Origin: Actinomycetota bacterium | GTDB lineage: Bacteria; Actinomycetota; Actinomycetes; Propionibacteriales; Propionibacteriaceae | Direction of reading: 5' to 3' | Length of the DNA: 21,568 nt | NCBI GenBank assembly: GCA_041855725.1 | Contig: JBHAES010000006.1 | Span: 1-21,568, forward strand | In this document: positions 7,435 to 15,365 of the stretch, piece after piece | Position numbering within the stretch: the stretch's first letter is position 1 | Layout: each line of letters opens with the position of its first letter | Notes under the pieces: model-generated | Database searches by the model: none | What the model saw: only the letters and a program-made list of their open reading frames with translations | What the model was told of the DNA's origin: nothing | Made by a program: the position numbers and the translations under genes

Positions 7435-9018
7435 GTGTCCTACAACCTCATCGACGAGGCCTGGATCGAGGTCCAGACCCGAGACGGGACCCGAGAGGTC
7501 TCGCTGCGCGACCTGTTCCACCAGGCGCGCGACATCATCGCGATCACGGGGGAGATCCCGACCCAGGCCGTGGCGATCCTCCGGCTCTGTCTCGCCATCC
7601 TCTACCGCGCCACCCGTGCCCGTCGCAGCGAGAACGAGGCCGTGGCGCAGTGGGAGAGATGGTGGACCGAGGGCCTGCCCCTCGACCAGATCGACGGCTA
7701 CCTCGCCACCTGGCACCACCGGTTCGACCTGCGGCACCCGAGCGAACCCTTCATGCAGGTGGCAGGGCTGGCCACCAAGAGCGGCAAGACCTCCGGTCTC
7801 CGCAAGCTCATCGCAGACCTGCCCGACGGGGAACCCTTCTTCACGACCCGAGCCGGGGCAGGGCGCAGCAGCCTGGGGCCTGCCGAGGCGGCCAGGTGGC
7901 TGGTCCACTGCCATCAGTTCGACCCCGCCGGGATCAAGACCGGTCCGATCGGGGACGACCGGGTCAAGGGAGGCAAGGGCTACTCCATGGGATACCCGGC
8001 ATGGGCGGGCAACCTCGGCCTTGTCCTCCCCCAGGGTGCCACGCTGCACGAGACGCTTCTGCTCAACCTGATCCTCCACCCGGACGACCCTGAGCAGGAT
8101 CGTCCCGTCTGGGAGCGCGACCAGCTCACCGCAGCAGTCGAGGGACGGGCAGCGCCTGTGGGGGCGGCTGACGCGTTCACCTGGCCGTCGCGTCGGGTGC
8201 GGCTCCTGTGGTCCATGGACGCGGTCATCGACGTCCTCCTCGCCAACGGTGACCGTCTCGGTCCCCAGAACCTGCACGAGGTGGAGCCCATGTCAGCATG
8301 GGCGCACAGCGATGCCCAGACCAAGAAGCTCGGCTCCCCAACGTTCATGCCAGCGGCCCACGTGCCCGGTCGCCAGGTCTGGCGAGGCCTGGGTGGGATC
8401 CTCGCCGCCGACGGCGCCACCCGCCGCCCTCGGGTGCTCGAATGGCTGGCCCTCCTGAGAGAGGAGGAGGTGCTGCCGCTGTCCACCACGGTGCACCTGC
8501 GTACGGTCGGCCTCAGCTACGGGACCCAGAACTCCGTCATCACAGGCGCCGTCGACGATCACCTCACGTGTGCGGTGGCAGCGATCACAGACGACGACCT
8601 CATCGCCTGCGCTGTCGAAGCAGTCGGCGCGGCAGGCGACGCCGTCAGGTGCCTCACCGGGCTCGCTGCCAACCTGGCCGACGCCACCTTCAGCAGCCAG
8701 AAGGATGCTGCATGCGCCAAGGCACGAGTTGCAGGTTACGCGGCACTCGATCCGGAGTACCGACGGTGGCTGAGCGGCCTGGACGCGTCGACGGACCGTG
8801 ACGATGCGGCAGAGGCGTGGCGCCGCACCGTCCGCGACGTCATCAAGGGCGAAGGCGTCCGCCTCGTCGCAGACTCGGCACCAGACGCTATGAAGGGTCG
8901 TGAGATCGACGGCCGAGGGCACGTCGACTCGTTCCGTGCATGGGAGATGTTCGAGGCCGCCCTGAAGAAGGCCCTACCCATCACATCCGATGCAACCAGC
9001 AAGGAGGACGCTTCATGA
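7435..9018 (+). CDS. cse1: Cse1/CasA (Cas8e), Cascade large subunit
   Basis: GTG 7435 directly follows the cas3 stop, with GAAGGAGG 7 nt upstream. The N-terminus SYNLIDEAWIEVQTRDG...VSLRDLF parallels E. coli CasA MNLLIDNWIPVRPRNG...IINLQSLY. It is 527 aa. Confidence 0.9.
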   Translation: MSYNLIDEAWIEVQTRDGTREVSLRDLFHQARDIIAITGEIPTQAVAILRLCLAILYRATRARRSENEAVAQWERWWTEGLPLDQIDGYLATWHHRFDLRHPSEPFMQVAGLATKSGKTSGLRKLIADLPDGEPFFTTRAGAGRSSLGPAEAARWLVHCHQFDPAGIKTGPIGDDRVKGGKGYSMGYPAWAGNLGLVLPQGATLHETLLLNLILHPDDPEQDRPVWERDQLTAAVEGRAAPVGAADAFTWPSRRVRLLWSMDAVIDVLLANGDRLGPQNLHEVEPMSAWAHSDAQTKKLGSPTFMPAAHVPGRQVWRGLGGILAADGATRRPRVLEWLALLREEEVLPLSTTVHLRTVGLSYGTQNSVITGAVDDHLTCAVAAITDDDLIACAVEAVGAAGDAVRCLTGLAANLADATFSSQKDAACAKARVAGYAALDPEYRRWLSGLDASTDRDDAAEAWRRTVRDVIKGEGVRLVADSAPDAMKGREIDGRGHVDSFRAWEMFEAALKKALPITSDATSKEDAS

Positions 9019-9656
9019 CCGAGAGACACACCCCCAGATGGGCTGTTCTCCTCAACAAGGACGTCGCCCGACGTGTCGAGGCCCTGCAGGAAGCCTTGCT
9101 CGACGACTCCAGCCCCCGGCAGTCGCATGCCAGGGGAGCCCTCGCCGCGCTCCGCCGGACCGACCCGCTGGACCCGGCAGACCCGTCCGTCTGGAGCCTG
9201 ACCCTCGCCGACTCCCCAGACGACCTCGTGGGCGAGACCGGCCCCAGCACGGCCGAACGGGTCCGCCACGCCGTCCTGGTGCTCTACAGCCGCCACCAGC
9301 AGTCGCAGCGAATCGGCATGCATCGTCGGAAGGTCGGGCTCGGTCTCGCCGTGGGAGTTGTCGGGCGGGCTCGCTCCCAGGACGGCAACGAGATCGACTC
9401 GGCCGTGCGGAGCCGGTTCGACGCCGTCCTTCGAGCACCCTCGCTGGCCGGCCGGGTCGAGCATCTCAAGGCCCTCGTGGCGATGATGCGCGCCGCCGAG
9501 CCGCCCGTGCCGCTGGACTACGGGCTCCTCGCCGAGGGCCTCTACCAGCTGGAGTTCCCCGACCGCGTCACCGTCCAGCTGCGGTGGGGTCGGGAGCTCT
9601 ACCCGCCGAAGTCCGACTCCACCCACACCACCGACAACGAAGGAGCATCAGCATGA
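9015..9656 (+). CDS. cse2: Cse2/CasB, Cascade small subunit
   Basis: ATG 9015 overlaps the cse1 stop (ATGA), with AGGAGG upstream. It is a ~213-aa helical, Arg-rich protein sitting in the canonical position between cse1 and cas7e. Confidence 0.85.
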   Translation: MTERHTPRWAVLLNKDVARRVEALQEALLDDSSPRQSHARGALAALRRTDPLDPADPSVWSLTLADSPDDLVGETGPSTAERVRHAVLVLYSRHQQSQRIGMHRRKVGLGLAVGVVGRARSQDGNEIDSAVRSRFDAVLRAPSLAGRVEHLKALVAMMRAAEPPVPLDYGLLAEGLYQLEFPDRVTVQLRWGRELYPPKSDSTHTTDNEGASA

Positions 9657-10759
9657 CTCTCACGATCGACATCCACGTCCTCCAGTCCGTCCCGCCGGCC
9701 AACCTCAACCGCGACGACGCTGGCAGCCCCAAGACGGCCATCTACGGTGGCGTGCGCCGGGCCCGGGTCAGCTCTCAGGCGTGGAAGATGGCGACCCGCC
9801 GGGCGCTGGGGTCCAACGTGTCGCCGGAGAAGCTCGGCGTCCGCACCAAGAAGGCGGCCGAGCTCCTCGCCGCCCGGATCACCGATCTCGATCCGAGCGT
9901 CGACGCCACCGCAACCGCCCTCAAGGCGCTCGAGCACGTGGGCCTCAAGGTCGTCAAGCCCAGGTCGTCCAAGAAGCAGGAGGAGGCAACCGCGTCGCTC
10001 ACCGAGTACCTCGTGTTCTTCAGCAACGAGCAGCTCGACCGGCTCGCCCAGGTCGCCGTGGACCCCGAGGGCGGCAAGAGTGCGGCCAAGGAGGTCATGA
10101 AGTCGGGCAACGGGGTCGACCTCGCGCTGTTCGGCCGCATGGTCGCCGACGACGCGTCCCTCAACGTCGATGCGTCGGTGCAGGTCGCCCACGCGCTGTC
10201 CACGCACGCTGTCGCCACCGAGTTCGACTTCTACACCGCCGTCGACGACAAGTCCGACGACGACGAGACGGGCGCCGGCATGATGGGGACGATCGAGTTC
10301 AACTCGTCCACCCTCTACCGCTACGCCACGATCAACGTCGACGCCCTCGCCCGGCAGCTGGCCGACCCGACCGACGCCGTGACCGCGGCCCGGGCGTTCG
10401 TCGAGTGCTTCGTCACCTCGATGCCCAGCGGCAAGCAGAACACCTTCGCCAACAACACCCTGCCCGAGGCAGTGGTCGTGATGGTCCGCGAGGGCCGTGC
10501 CGTCAGCTTCGTCGGCGCCTTCGAGAAGGCGGTCACGTCCGAGCAGGACCAGGGCTATGTCCAGCCGTCGTGCGAGCAGTTCGCCAGGTACGCAACCGAG
10601 ACGGCCGCCGCCTACGCCACTGCCCCGCTGGCCACGTACGTGGTGCGCGTGGGAGAGCGCACCAAGGCGCTCGCGTCGCTGGGTGAGGAGGTCACCTTCC
10701 CCGAGCTCGTGGCCCGGGTGGGCGACACCGTGCGCGATCACGTCGGCGGCGCGGCATGA
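9653..10759 (+). CDS. cas7e: Cas7e/CasC (Cse4), Cascade backbone subunit
   Basis: ATGA overlap with cse2. The N-terminus MTLTIDIHVLQSVPPANLNRDDAGSPKTAIYGGVRRARVSSQAWKMATRRA matches E. coli CasC [47 protein letters not shown]. Confidence 0.93.
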   Translation: MTLTIDIHVLQSVPPANLNRDDAGSPKTAIYGGVRRARVSSQAWKMATRRALGSNVSPEKLGVRTKKAAELLAARITDLDPSVDATATALKALEHVGLKVVKPRSSKKQEEATASLTEYLVFFSNEQLDRLAQVAVDPEGGKSAAKEVMKSGNGVDLALFGRMVADDASLNVDASVQVAHALSTHAVATEFDFYTAVDDKSDDDETGAGMMGTIEFNSSTLYRYATINVDALARQLADPTDAVTAARAFVECFVTSMPSGKQNTFANNTLPEAVVVMVREGRAVSFVGAFEKAVTSEQDQGYVQPSCEQFARYATETAAAYATAPLATYVVRVGERTKALASLGEEVTFPELVARVGDTVRDHVGGAA

Positions 10760-11460
10760 CGGTCCTGCTCCTCCGGCTCGCCGGCCCCATGCAGTCGTGG
10801 GGTGTCGACAGCCGGTTCACCGTGCGCGAGACCCAGCGCTACCCGTCCAAGAGCGGGGTGCTGGGGCTCCTGGCGGCGGCGATGGGGCGGCGACGCACCG
10901 ACCCGGTCGAGGACCTGCTGCACCTGTCGTTCGGCGTCCGGGTCGACCAGCCGGGGCGCCTCATGAGCGACTTCCACACCGCCCACGACTGGCGTACGGG
11001 CACGTCCATGCCCCTGTCGACCCGCTACTACCTGAGTGACGCCGTCTTCGTGGCGGCGGTCGCCGGTGACCACTCTCTGCTGTCGACCCTCGACGAGCGT
11101 CTGGCCGACCCGGTGTTCCCGCTCTACCTGGGCCGACGCTCGTGCCCGATCACGGGCCGGGTGTCGTTGGGGCTGTCCGAGCTGCCGCTCGAGCAGGCGC
11201 TCCGGCGGGCCGACTGGCAGGCTGCGTCGTGGTACCAGAAGCAGGCGGAGCGGGAGGTGCGGCTGCCGCTTCACCTGGACGCCCCCGACGACGCGGAGCA
11301 CACCGACTCGGTGCGCGACGTCCCGCTCAGCTTCAACCCGGAGCGGCGGCAGTACGGGTGGCGTCGGGTCGTCCACCCCGACCCTGTGGTCATGGCGAAC
11401 CCGAAGGGTCGGGAACGACGCGACGTCGACTGGTTCGCCGCTGTTGCGGGAGGTGCGTGA
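10756..11460 (+). CDS. cas5e: Cas5e/CasD
   Basis: ATGA overlap with cas7e. The N-terminus MTVLLLRLAGPMQSWGVDSRFTVRETQRYPSKSGVLGLLAAAMG matches E. coli CasD MRSYLILRLAGPMQAWGQPTFEGTRPTGRFPTRSGLLGLLGACLG. Confidence 0.93.
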   Translation: MTVLLLRLAGPMQSWGVDSRFTVRETQRYPSKSGVLGLLAAAMGRRRTDPVEDLLHLSFGVRVDQPGRLMSDFHTAHDWRTGTSMPLSTRYYLSDAVFVAAVAGDHSLLSTLDERLADPVFPLYLGRRSCPITGRVSLGLSELPLEQALRRADWQAASWYQKQAEREVRLPLHLDAPDDAEHTDSVRDVPLSFNPERRQYGWRRVVHPDPVVMANPKGRERRDVDWFAAVAGGA

Positions 11461-12137
11461 TGTACCTGAGCAGGTTCGAGCTCAACCCCGCCCGGCGCGG
11501 GGCGAAGCGGCTCATCTCGTCACCGCAGTCGATGCACGCCGCGGTCCTGTCAGCCTTTCCGCACGGTGGCGGGGGTGTCGACCATCGGGTGCTGTGGCGG
11601 CTCGACACCGGTCCTGACCGCCGGGCCGAGCTGCTGGTCGTCAGTCCCGACCGACCCGATTTCACGCACCTCGTGGAACAGGCCGGTTGGCCTACGACGC
11701 AGACGTGGCAGACCACGGACTACCAGCCGTTCCTGTCGGGGATCTCCGCTGGGGGCTCGTACCGGTTCCGGCTGCGGGCCAATCCCGTACGCAGTGTCAA
11801 ACGTGAGGGAGACGGTCGCGGTCGAGTGGTCTCCTGCGGCGCCCGAGCCAACCAGGAAGCATGGCTGCTGGAGCGGTGCGGCGCCCTCGGGTTCGAGGTG
11901 CTGGCGTCCGACCGCGACCCACAGGGAGGTCCGCCGGTCAACCTCGCCACCACCGCGAGAGGCACCCTCAGGTTCTCCAAGGGGCACGGCCGCAGCCCGC
12001 GGGTCACGCTCGCGTACGCACAGTTCGACGGGATCCTGCGCGTGCTCGACGCCGACCTGCTGCGAGCGGCCCTCGTCCGTGGCGTCGGCCGCGGCAAGGC
12101 GTACGGCCTCGGCCTGCTGACGGTGGCACGGGCATGA
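11460..12137 (+). CDS. cas6e: Cas6e/CasE, crRNA endoribonuclease
   Basis: TGATG 1-nt overlap with cas5e. MYLSRFELNPA...MHAAVLSAFPHGG parallels E. coli CasE MYLSKVII...HQGLWHLFPNRP, including the catalytic-His region, and there is a Gly-rich loop near the C-terminus (GVGRGKAYGLGLL). Confidence 0.9.
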   Translation: MYLSRFELNPARRGAKRLISSPQSMHAAVLSAFPHGGGGVDHRVLWRLDTGPDRRAELLVVSPDRPDFTHLVEQAGWPTTQTWQTTDYQPFLSGISAGGSYRFRLRANPVRSVKREGDGRGRVVSCGARANQEAWLLERCGALGFEVLASDRDPQGGPPVNLATTARGTLRFSKGHGRSPRVTLAYAQFDGILRVLDADLLRAALVRGVGRGKAYGLGLLTVARA

Positions 12138-13078
12138 GACCAGTCCCCGGGCCGAGGCCCGCCGAGGTGCACGAGCTGGCGAGGGTGAGCGACCGGATCT
12201 CGTTCCTCTACCTGGAACGGGCAACCGTGCACCGAGACGGCAACGCGATCACGGTCACCGACGAGCAGGGCGTCGTCCACGTGCCAGCCGCCCAGATCGC
12301 GACCCTTCTCCTCGGCCCGGGGATCTCCATCACCCACCAGGCGATGCTGCTGCTGGCTGACAGCGGCACGGGCACCGTGTGGGTGGGCGAGCACGGGGTG
12401 CGCTACTACGCCCACGGCCGACCACTTGCCCGCACGTCCCGGCACCTGCAGGCCCAGGTGGCGGCGTGGTCCAACCAGTCGTCCCGGCTACGGGTCGCCC
12501 GAGCCATGTACGAGCTCCGCTTCCCTGGCGAGGACGTGTCGCGGCTCACGATGCAGCAGCTCCGCGGCAGAGAGGGTGCCCGCGTACGGAAGGGGTACCG
12601 GGAGCACGCAAGGGCGTGCGGGCTAGAGTGGAGTTCGCGCCGCTACGCGGTGGACGACTTCGGCGCCGGCGACCTGGCCAACCAGGCTGTCTCTGCTGCT
12701 ACTGCATGCCTCTACGGACTGGCGCACGCAGCGATCGTGTCGATGGGCTGTTCACCCGCCCTCGGCTTCATCCACACCGGCCACGACCGGTCGTTCGTGT
12801 TCGACGTCGCCGACCTCTACAAGATGGATCTCGCCGTACCGGTGGCCTTCCGGGTTGCCGCCGACGATCCACCGGACCTACCTGCCGAGGTTCGCCGAGC
12901 CATGCGGGACGCGATCCACGATGCCGGGCTCCTGGCGGGCATGGTCAAGGACATCCATCGGCTCCTCGGAACTGGAGGAGAGGCGGATCACGACTACGCC
13001 GACGTGGTGACCCTCTGGGGTCGACACGGCGAGGTCGCCGCCGGCCACAACTTCGCCTCGGACGAGGTCCCGTGGTAG
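12134..13078 (+). CDS. cas1: Cas1 integrase, type I-E
   Basis: ATGA overlap with cas6e. It is collinear with E. coli Cas1: ISFLYLERATV vs VSMIFLQYGQI, WVGEHGVRYYAHG vs WVGEAGVRVYASG, MYELRFPGE vs MFELRFGEP, QLRGREGARVR vs QLRGIEGSRVR, SAATACLYGLAHAAI vs SAATSCLYGVTEAAI, ALGFIHTGHDRSFVFDVADLYK vs [22 protein letters not shown]. Confidence 0.95.
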   Translation: MRPVPGPRPAEVHELARVSDRISFLYLERATVHRDGNAITVTDEQGVVHVPAAQIATLLLGPGISITHQAMLLLADSGTGTVWVGEHGVRYYAHGRPLARTSRHLQAQVAAWSNQSSRLRVARAMYELRFPGEDVSRLTMQQLRGREGARVRKGYREHARACGLEWSSRRYAVDDFGAGDLANQAVSAATACLYGLAHAAIVSMGCSPALGFIHTGHDRSFVFDVADLYKMDLAVPVAFRVAADDPPDLPAEVRRAMRDAIHDAGLLAGMVKDIHRLLGTGGEADHDYADVVTLWGRHGEVAAGHNFASDEVPW

Positions 13079-13428
13079 TCCTCGTCCTCACCGCGTGTCC
13101 CACGGGCCTGCGAGGCCATCTGACCCGATGGCTGCTCGAGGTGAGCCCCGGCGTGTTCGTCGGCAAGGTGTCAGCGAGGGTTCGAGACCATCTGTGGGAC
13201 CGGGTGCTGGAGATGCTCCAAGACGGCCGCGCCCTCATGGTCTTCTCTCGCCGCGGGGAGCAGGGGCTCGACTTCCGGACCCACCGGCACGACTGGGACA
13301 TCGTCGATCTCGACGGGCTGCGCCTCGTACGCCGCCCCCTGGCCCCGTCCGCTTCGCCCACCATGCGCCCTGGTTGGAGCAAGGCGGCCAGGCTGCGACG
13401 AGCAAGAACGCGGGGTACGACAAAGTGA
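13072..13428 (+). CDS. cas2: Cas2, type I-E, with a ~25-aa C-terminal extension
   Basis: GTG 13072 overlaps the cas1 stop by 7 nt. VVLVLTACPTGLRGHLTRWLLEVSPGVFVGKVSARVRDHLW...DLDGLRLV parallels E. coli Cas2 [42 protein letters not shown]...DLDGLRLV. Homology ends near 13345, and the ORF then runs on to TGA 13426-13428. Confidence 0.88.
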   Translation: MVVLVLTACPTGLRGHLTRWLLEVSPGVFVGKVSARVRDHLWDRVLEMLQDGRALMVFSRRGEQGLDFRTHRHDWDIVDLDGLRLVRRPLAPSASPTMRPGWSKAARLRRARTRGTTK

Positions 13429-13472
13429 TAGTAGACTCGCTCACACACCGACAACAGGGCTAGTCAGATAGT
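13429..13472 (+). promoter_or_regulatory. CRISPR leader (AT-richer), probably extending back into the 3' end of the cas2 ORF
   Basis: A ~48% GC stretch (tagtagactcgctcacacaccgacaacagggctagtcagata) lies directly 5' of the first repeat, with the cas genes and array co-oriented. TANNNT-like hexamers (TAGACT, TAGTCA) are present, but I could not place a confident -35/-10 pair. Confidence 0.5.
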
Positions 13473-15215
13473 GTCCCTCCCCGCCATGCGGGGGTGAGCC
13501 CCCGGTCCCGGTCCAACCAGAACCCGATCGCGGGTCCCTCCCCGCCATGCGGGGGTGAGCCGTAGGCGACCAGGTCGGTGCCGAGCTTGTCGAGGGTCCC
13601 TCCCCGCCATGCGGGGGTGAGCCCACCCGCTGGGCGACCGCGTCGTCACCGAGCAGGTCCCTCCCCGCCATGCGGGGGTGAGCCCGCCACCATCCGCAGC
13701 CCCCGCTCCGCGAACCAGTCCCTCCCCGCCATGCGGGGGTGAGCCCTCCGGGTGGATCTTCTGGAGCCGCCAGGAGCCGTGTCCCTCCCCGCCATGCGGG
13801 GGTGAGCCCACCCCCAGCACGGCCGCGTTCGGGAAGGGCCGGGTCCCTCCCCGCCATGCGGGGGTGAGCCACCCGACTCGGGTGGCGATCCTGCTCCTCC
13901 TGAGGTCCCTCCCCGCCATGCGGGGGTGAGCCCACACCAACAAGGACGACATGACTCTGATCACCGGTCCCTCCCCGCCATGCGGGGGTGAGCCCCAGCC
14001 TTCGTGCCCATCGAGGTCAAGAACCGCCGGTCCCTCCCCGCCATGCGGGGGTGAGCCCGTCCTCGGCGAGGCTGCGGATCTGGTCGGCTCGTCCCTCCCC
14101 GCCATGCGGGGGTGAGCCCAGGTCCTCCTTGGTCAGCTGCGCCATGGCTCTGTCCCTCCCCGCCATGCGGGGGTGAGCCCCTCGTCAGCGAGCACGTCCC
14201 CACCTTCGAAGGGTCCCTCCCCGCCATGCGGGGGTGAGCCCCCGTGGCGCTGCACCAGGTACAGTCCCCCGTAGTCCCTCCCCGCCATGCGGGGGTGAGC
14301 CCGGCACGATGCGGGTCGAGGCGCAAGGGCTGCTGTCCCTCCCCGCCATGCGGGGGTGAGCCCTTCCGTATGCCGGCGCTCCGGGCCGTCGACGGGTCCC
14401 TCCCCGCCATGCGGGGTGAGCCCGTGGTCAGCAGGTTGTCGACGAACGGCTTCTCGTCCCTCCCCGCCATGCGGGGGTGAGCCCCACGGGTAGGGCGGAC
14501 GCGGCGTCCGTCGTGGTGTCCCTCCCCGCCATGCGGGGGTGAGCCCGCGTACCCGGTATCGTCAGCCTCGCGGGCTACGTCCCTCCCCGCCATGCGGGGG
14601 TGAGCCATTGTCGGAAGACCCCCATCCGGTGCCCTGTACGGTCCCTCCCCGCCATGCGGGGGTGAGCCCCCGGGCGGACTCGACCTCGGACTGGGAGCGG
14701 TGGTCCCTCCCCGCCATGCGGGGGTGAGCCCCCGGCGGGGATCAGGTCCCCGGCCGCCTCGATGTCCCTCCCCGCCATGCGGGGGTGAGCCCATCGGCTA
14801 CCAGGCGATCCGGGACCTGCTCGGGTCCCTCCCCGCCATGCGGGGGTGAGCCCGTCCGTGCCGCGTACCCGGCATCCAGCAGCCGGTCCCTCCCCGCCAT
14901 GCGGGGGTGAGCCCGCCGGCTCGTCGACGGCGGCGACGTGGCGGATGTCCCTCCCCGCCATGCGGGGGTGAGCCCTTCAAGTCGACAATAAGGGCCGCTT
15001 CCCCGTCGGTCCCTCCCCGCCATGCGGGGGTGAGCCCCTTCCGGCGCACGGGTGGTCAGCACCCGGCCAGTCCCTCCCCGCCATGCGAGGGTGAGCCGCG
15101 GCACGCGGAGCGGTTCGTCACGTTTTGGGCGTCCTTCCCCGCCATGCAGGGGCCCTTCGCCACCACCTCAAGGAGCCCCACATCGTGTCCCTCCCCGCCA
15201 CGCGGGTCCATCCGG
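13473..15215 (+). CRISPR. Type I-E CRISPR array: 29 repeats (29 bp) and 28 spacers (mostly 32-33 nt), transcribed on the + strand
   Basis: The consensus repeat is GTCCCTCCCCGCCATGCGGGGGTGAGCCC, with stem CCCCGC/GCGGGG, loop CATG, and a 3' handle GTGAGCCC analogous to E. coli ATAAACCG. Repeat starts are 13473, 13534, 13596, 13657, 13718, 13781, 13843, 13905, 13967, 14030, 14091, 14152, 14213, 14274, 14335, 14396, 14456, 14518, 14579, 14641, 14703, 14764, 14825, 14886, 14947, 15009, 15070, 15131, 15187. Repeat 16 (14396) lacks one G of the G5 run. The leader-distal repeats 27-29 are progressively degenerate (GCGAGGG; GTCCTTCCCCGCCATGCAGGGGCCCTTCG; GTCCCTCCCCGCCACGCGGGTCCATCCGG), and the last spacer is only 27 nt. 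Confidence 0.97.
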
Positions 15216-15365
15216 GCACCCCAGCGACTCGACGGCGGCAACGCTCCCCCACGCCAGGGTGCGCTGATCCCCCTCGCCCGGGCTACCTGCTCCGGCGGAT
15301 CTGCGGTGCCTGCCCGTACCACCCCACCTTGCTACTGACAATGATTCTCATTACGCTACGTGGCC

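Noticed and set aside
9599-10741. 380-aa minus-strand ORF, and + frame ORFs 8990-10759 and 9781-10686
   Set aside because: They are antisense or alternate frame over cse2/cas7e. The true cas7e frame is fixed by the conserved N-terminal motif and an ATGA start at 9653.
10738-12445. Minus-strand ORFs 10738-11376, 11550-12224, 11720-12445 and + frames 11036-11617, 11566-12120, 11861-13078 (N-terminal part)
   Set aside because: They overlap cas5e/cas6e/cas1 in wrong frames or strands. The Cas reading frames are confirmed by collinearity with E. coli CasD/CasE/Cas1.
13441-15338. About ten medium-length ORFs on both strands across the CRISPR array (e.g. 13464-14105 -, 13961-14794 -, 14575-14961 -, 14907-15338 +), translating as repeating SPPHGGEGP / AHPRMAGRD / LTPAWRGGT
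   Set aside because: The 29-bp repeat lacks stop codons in several frames. The 'proteins' are simply the repeat translated in rotating frames, so they are not genes.
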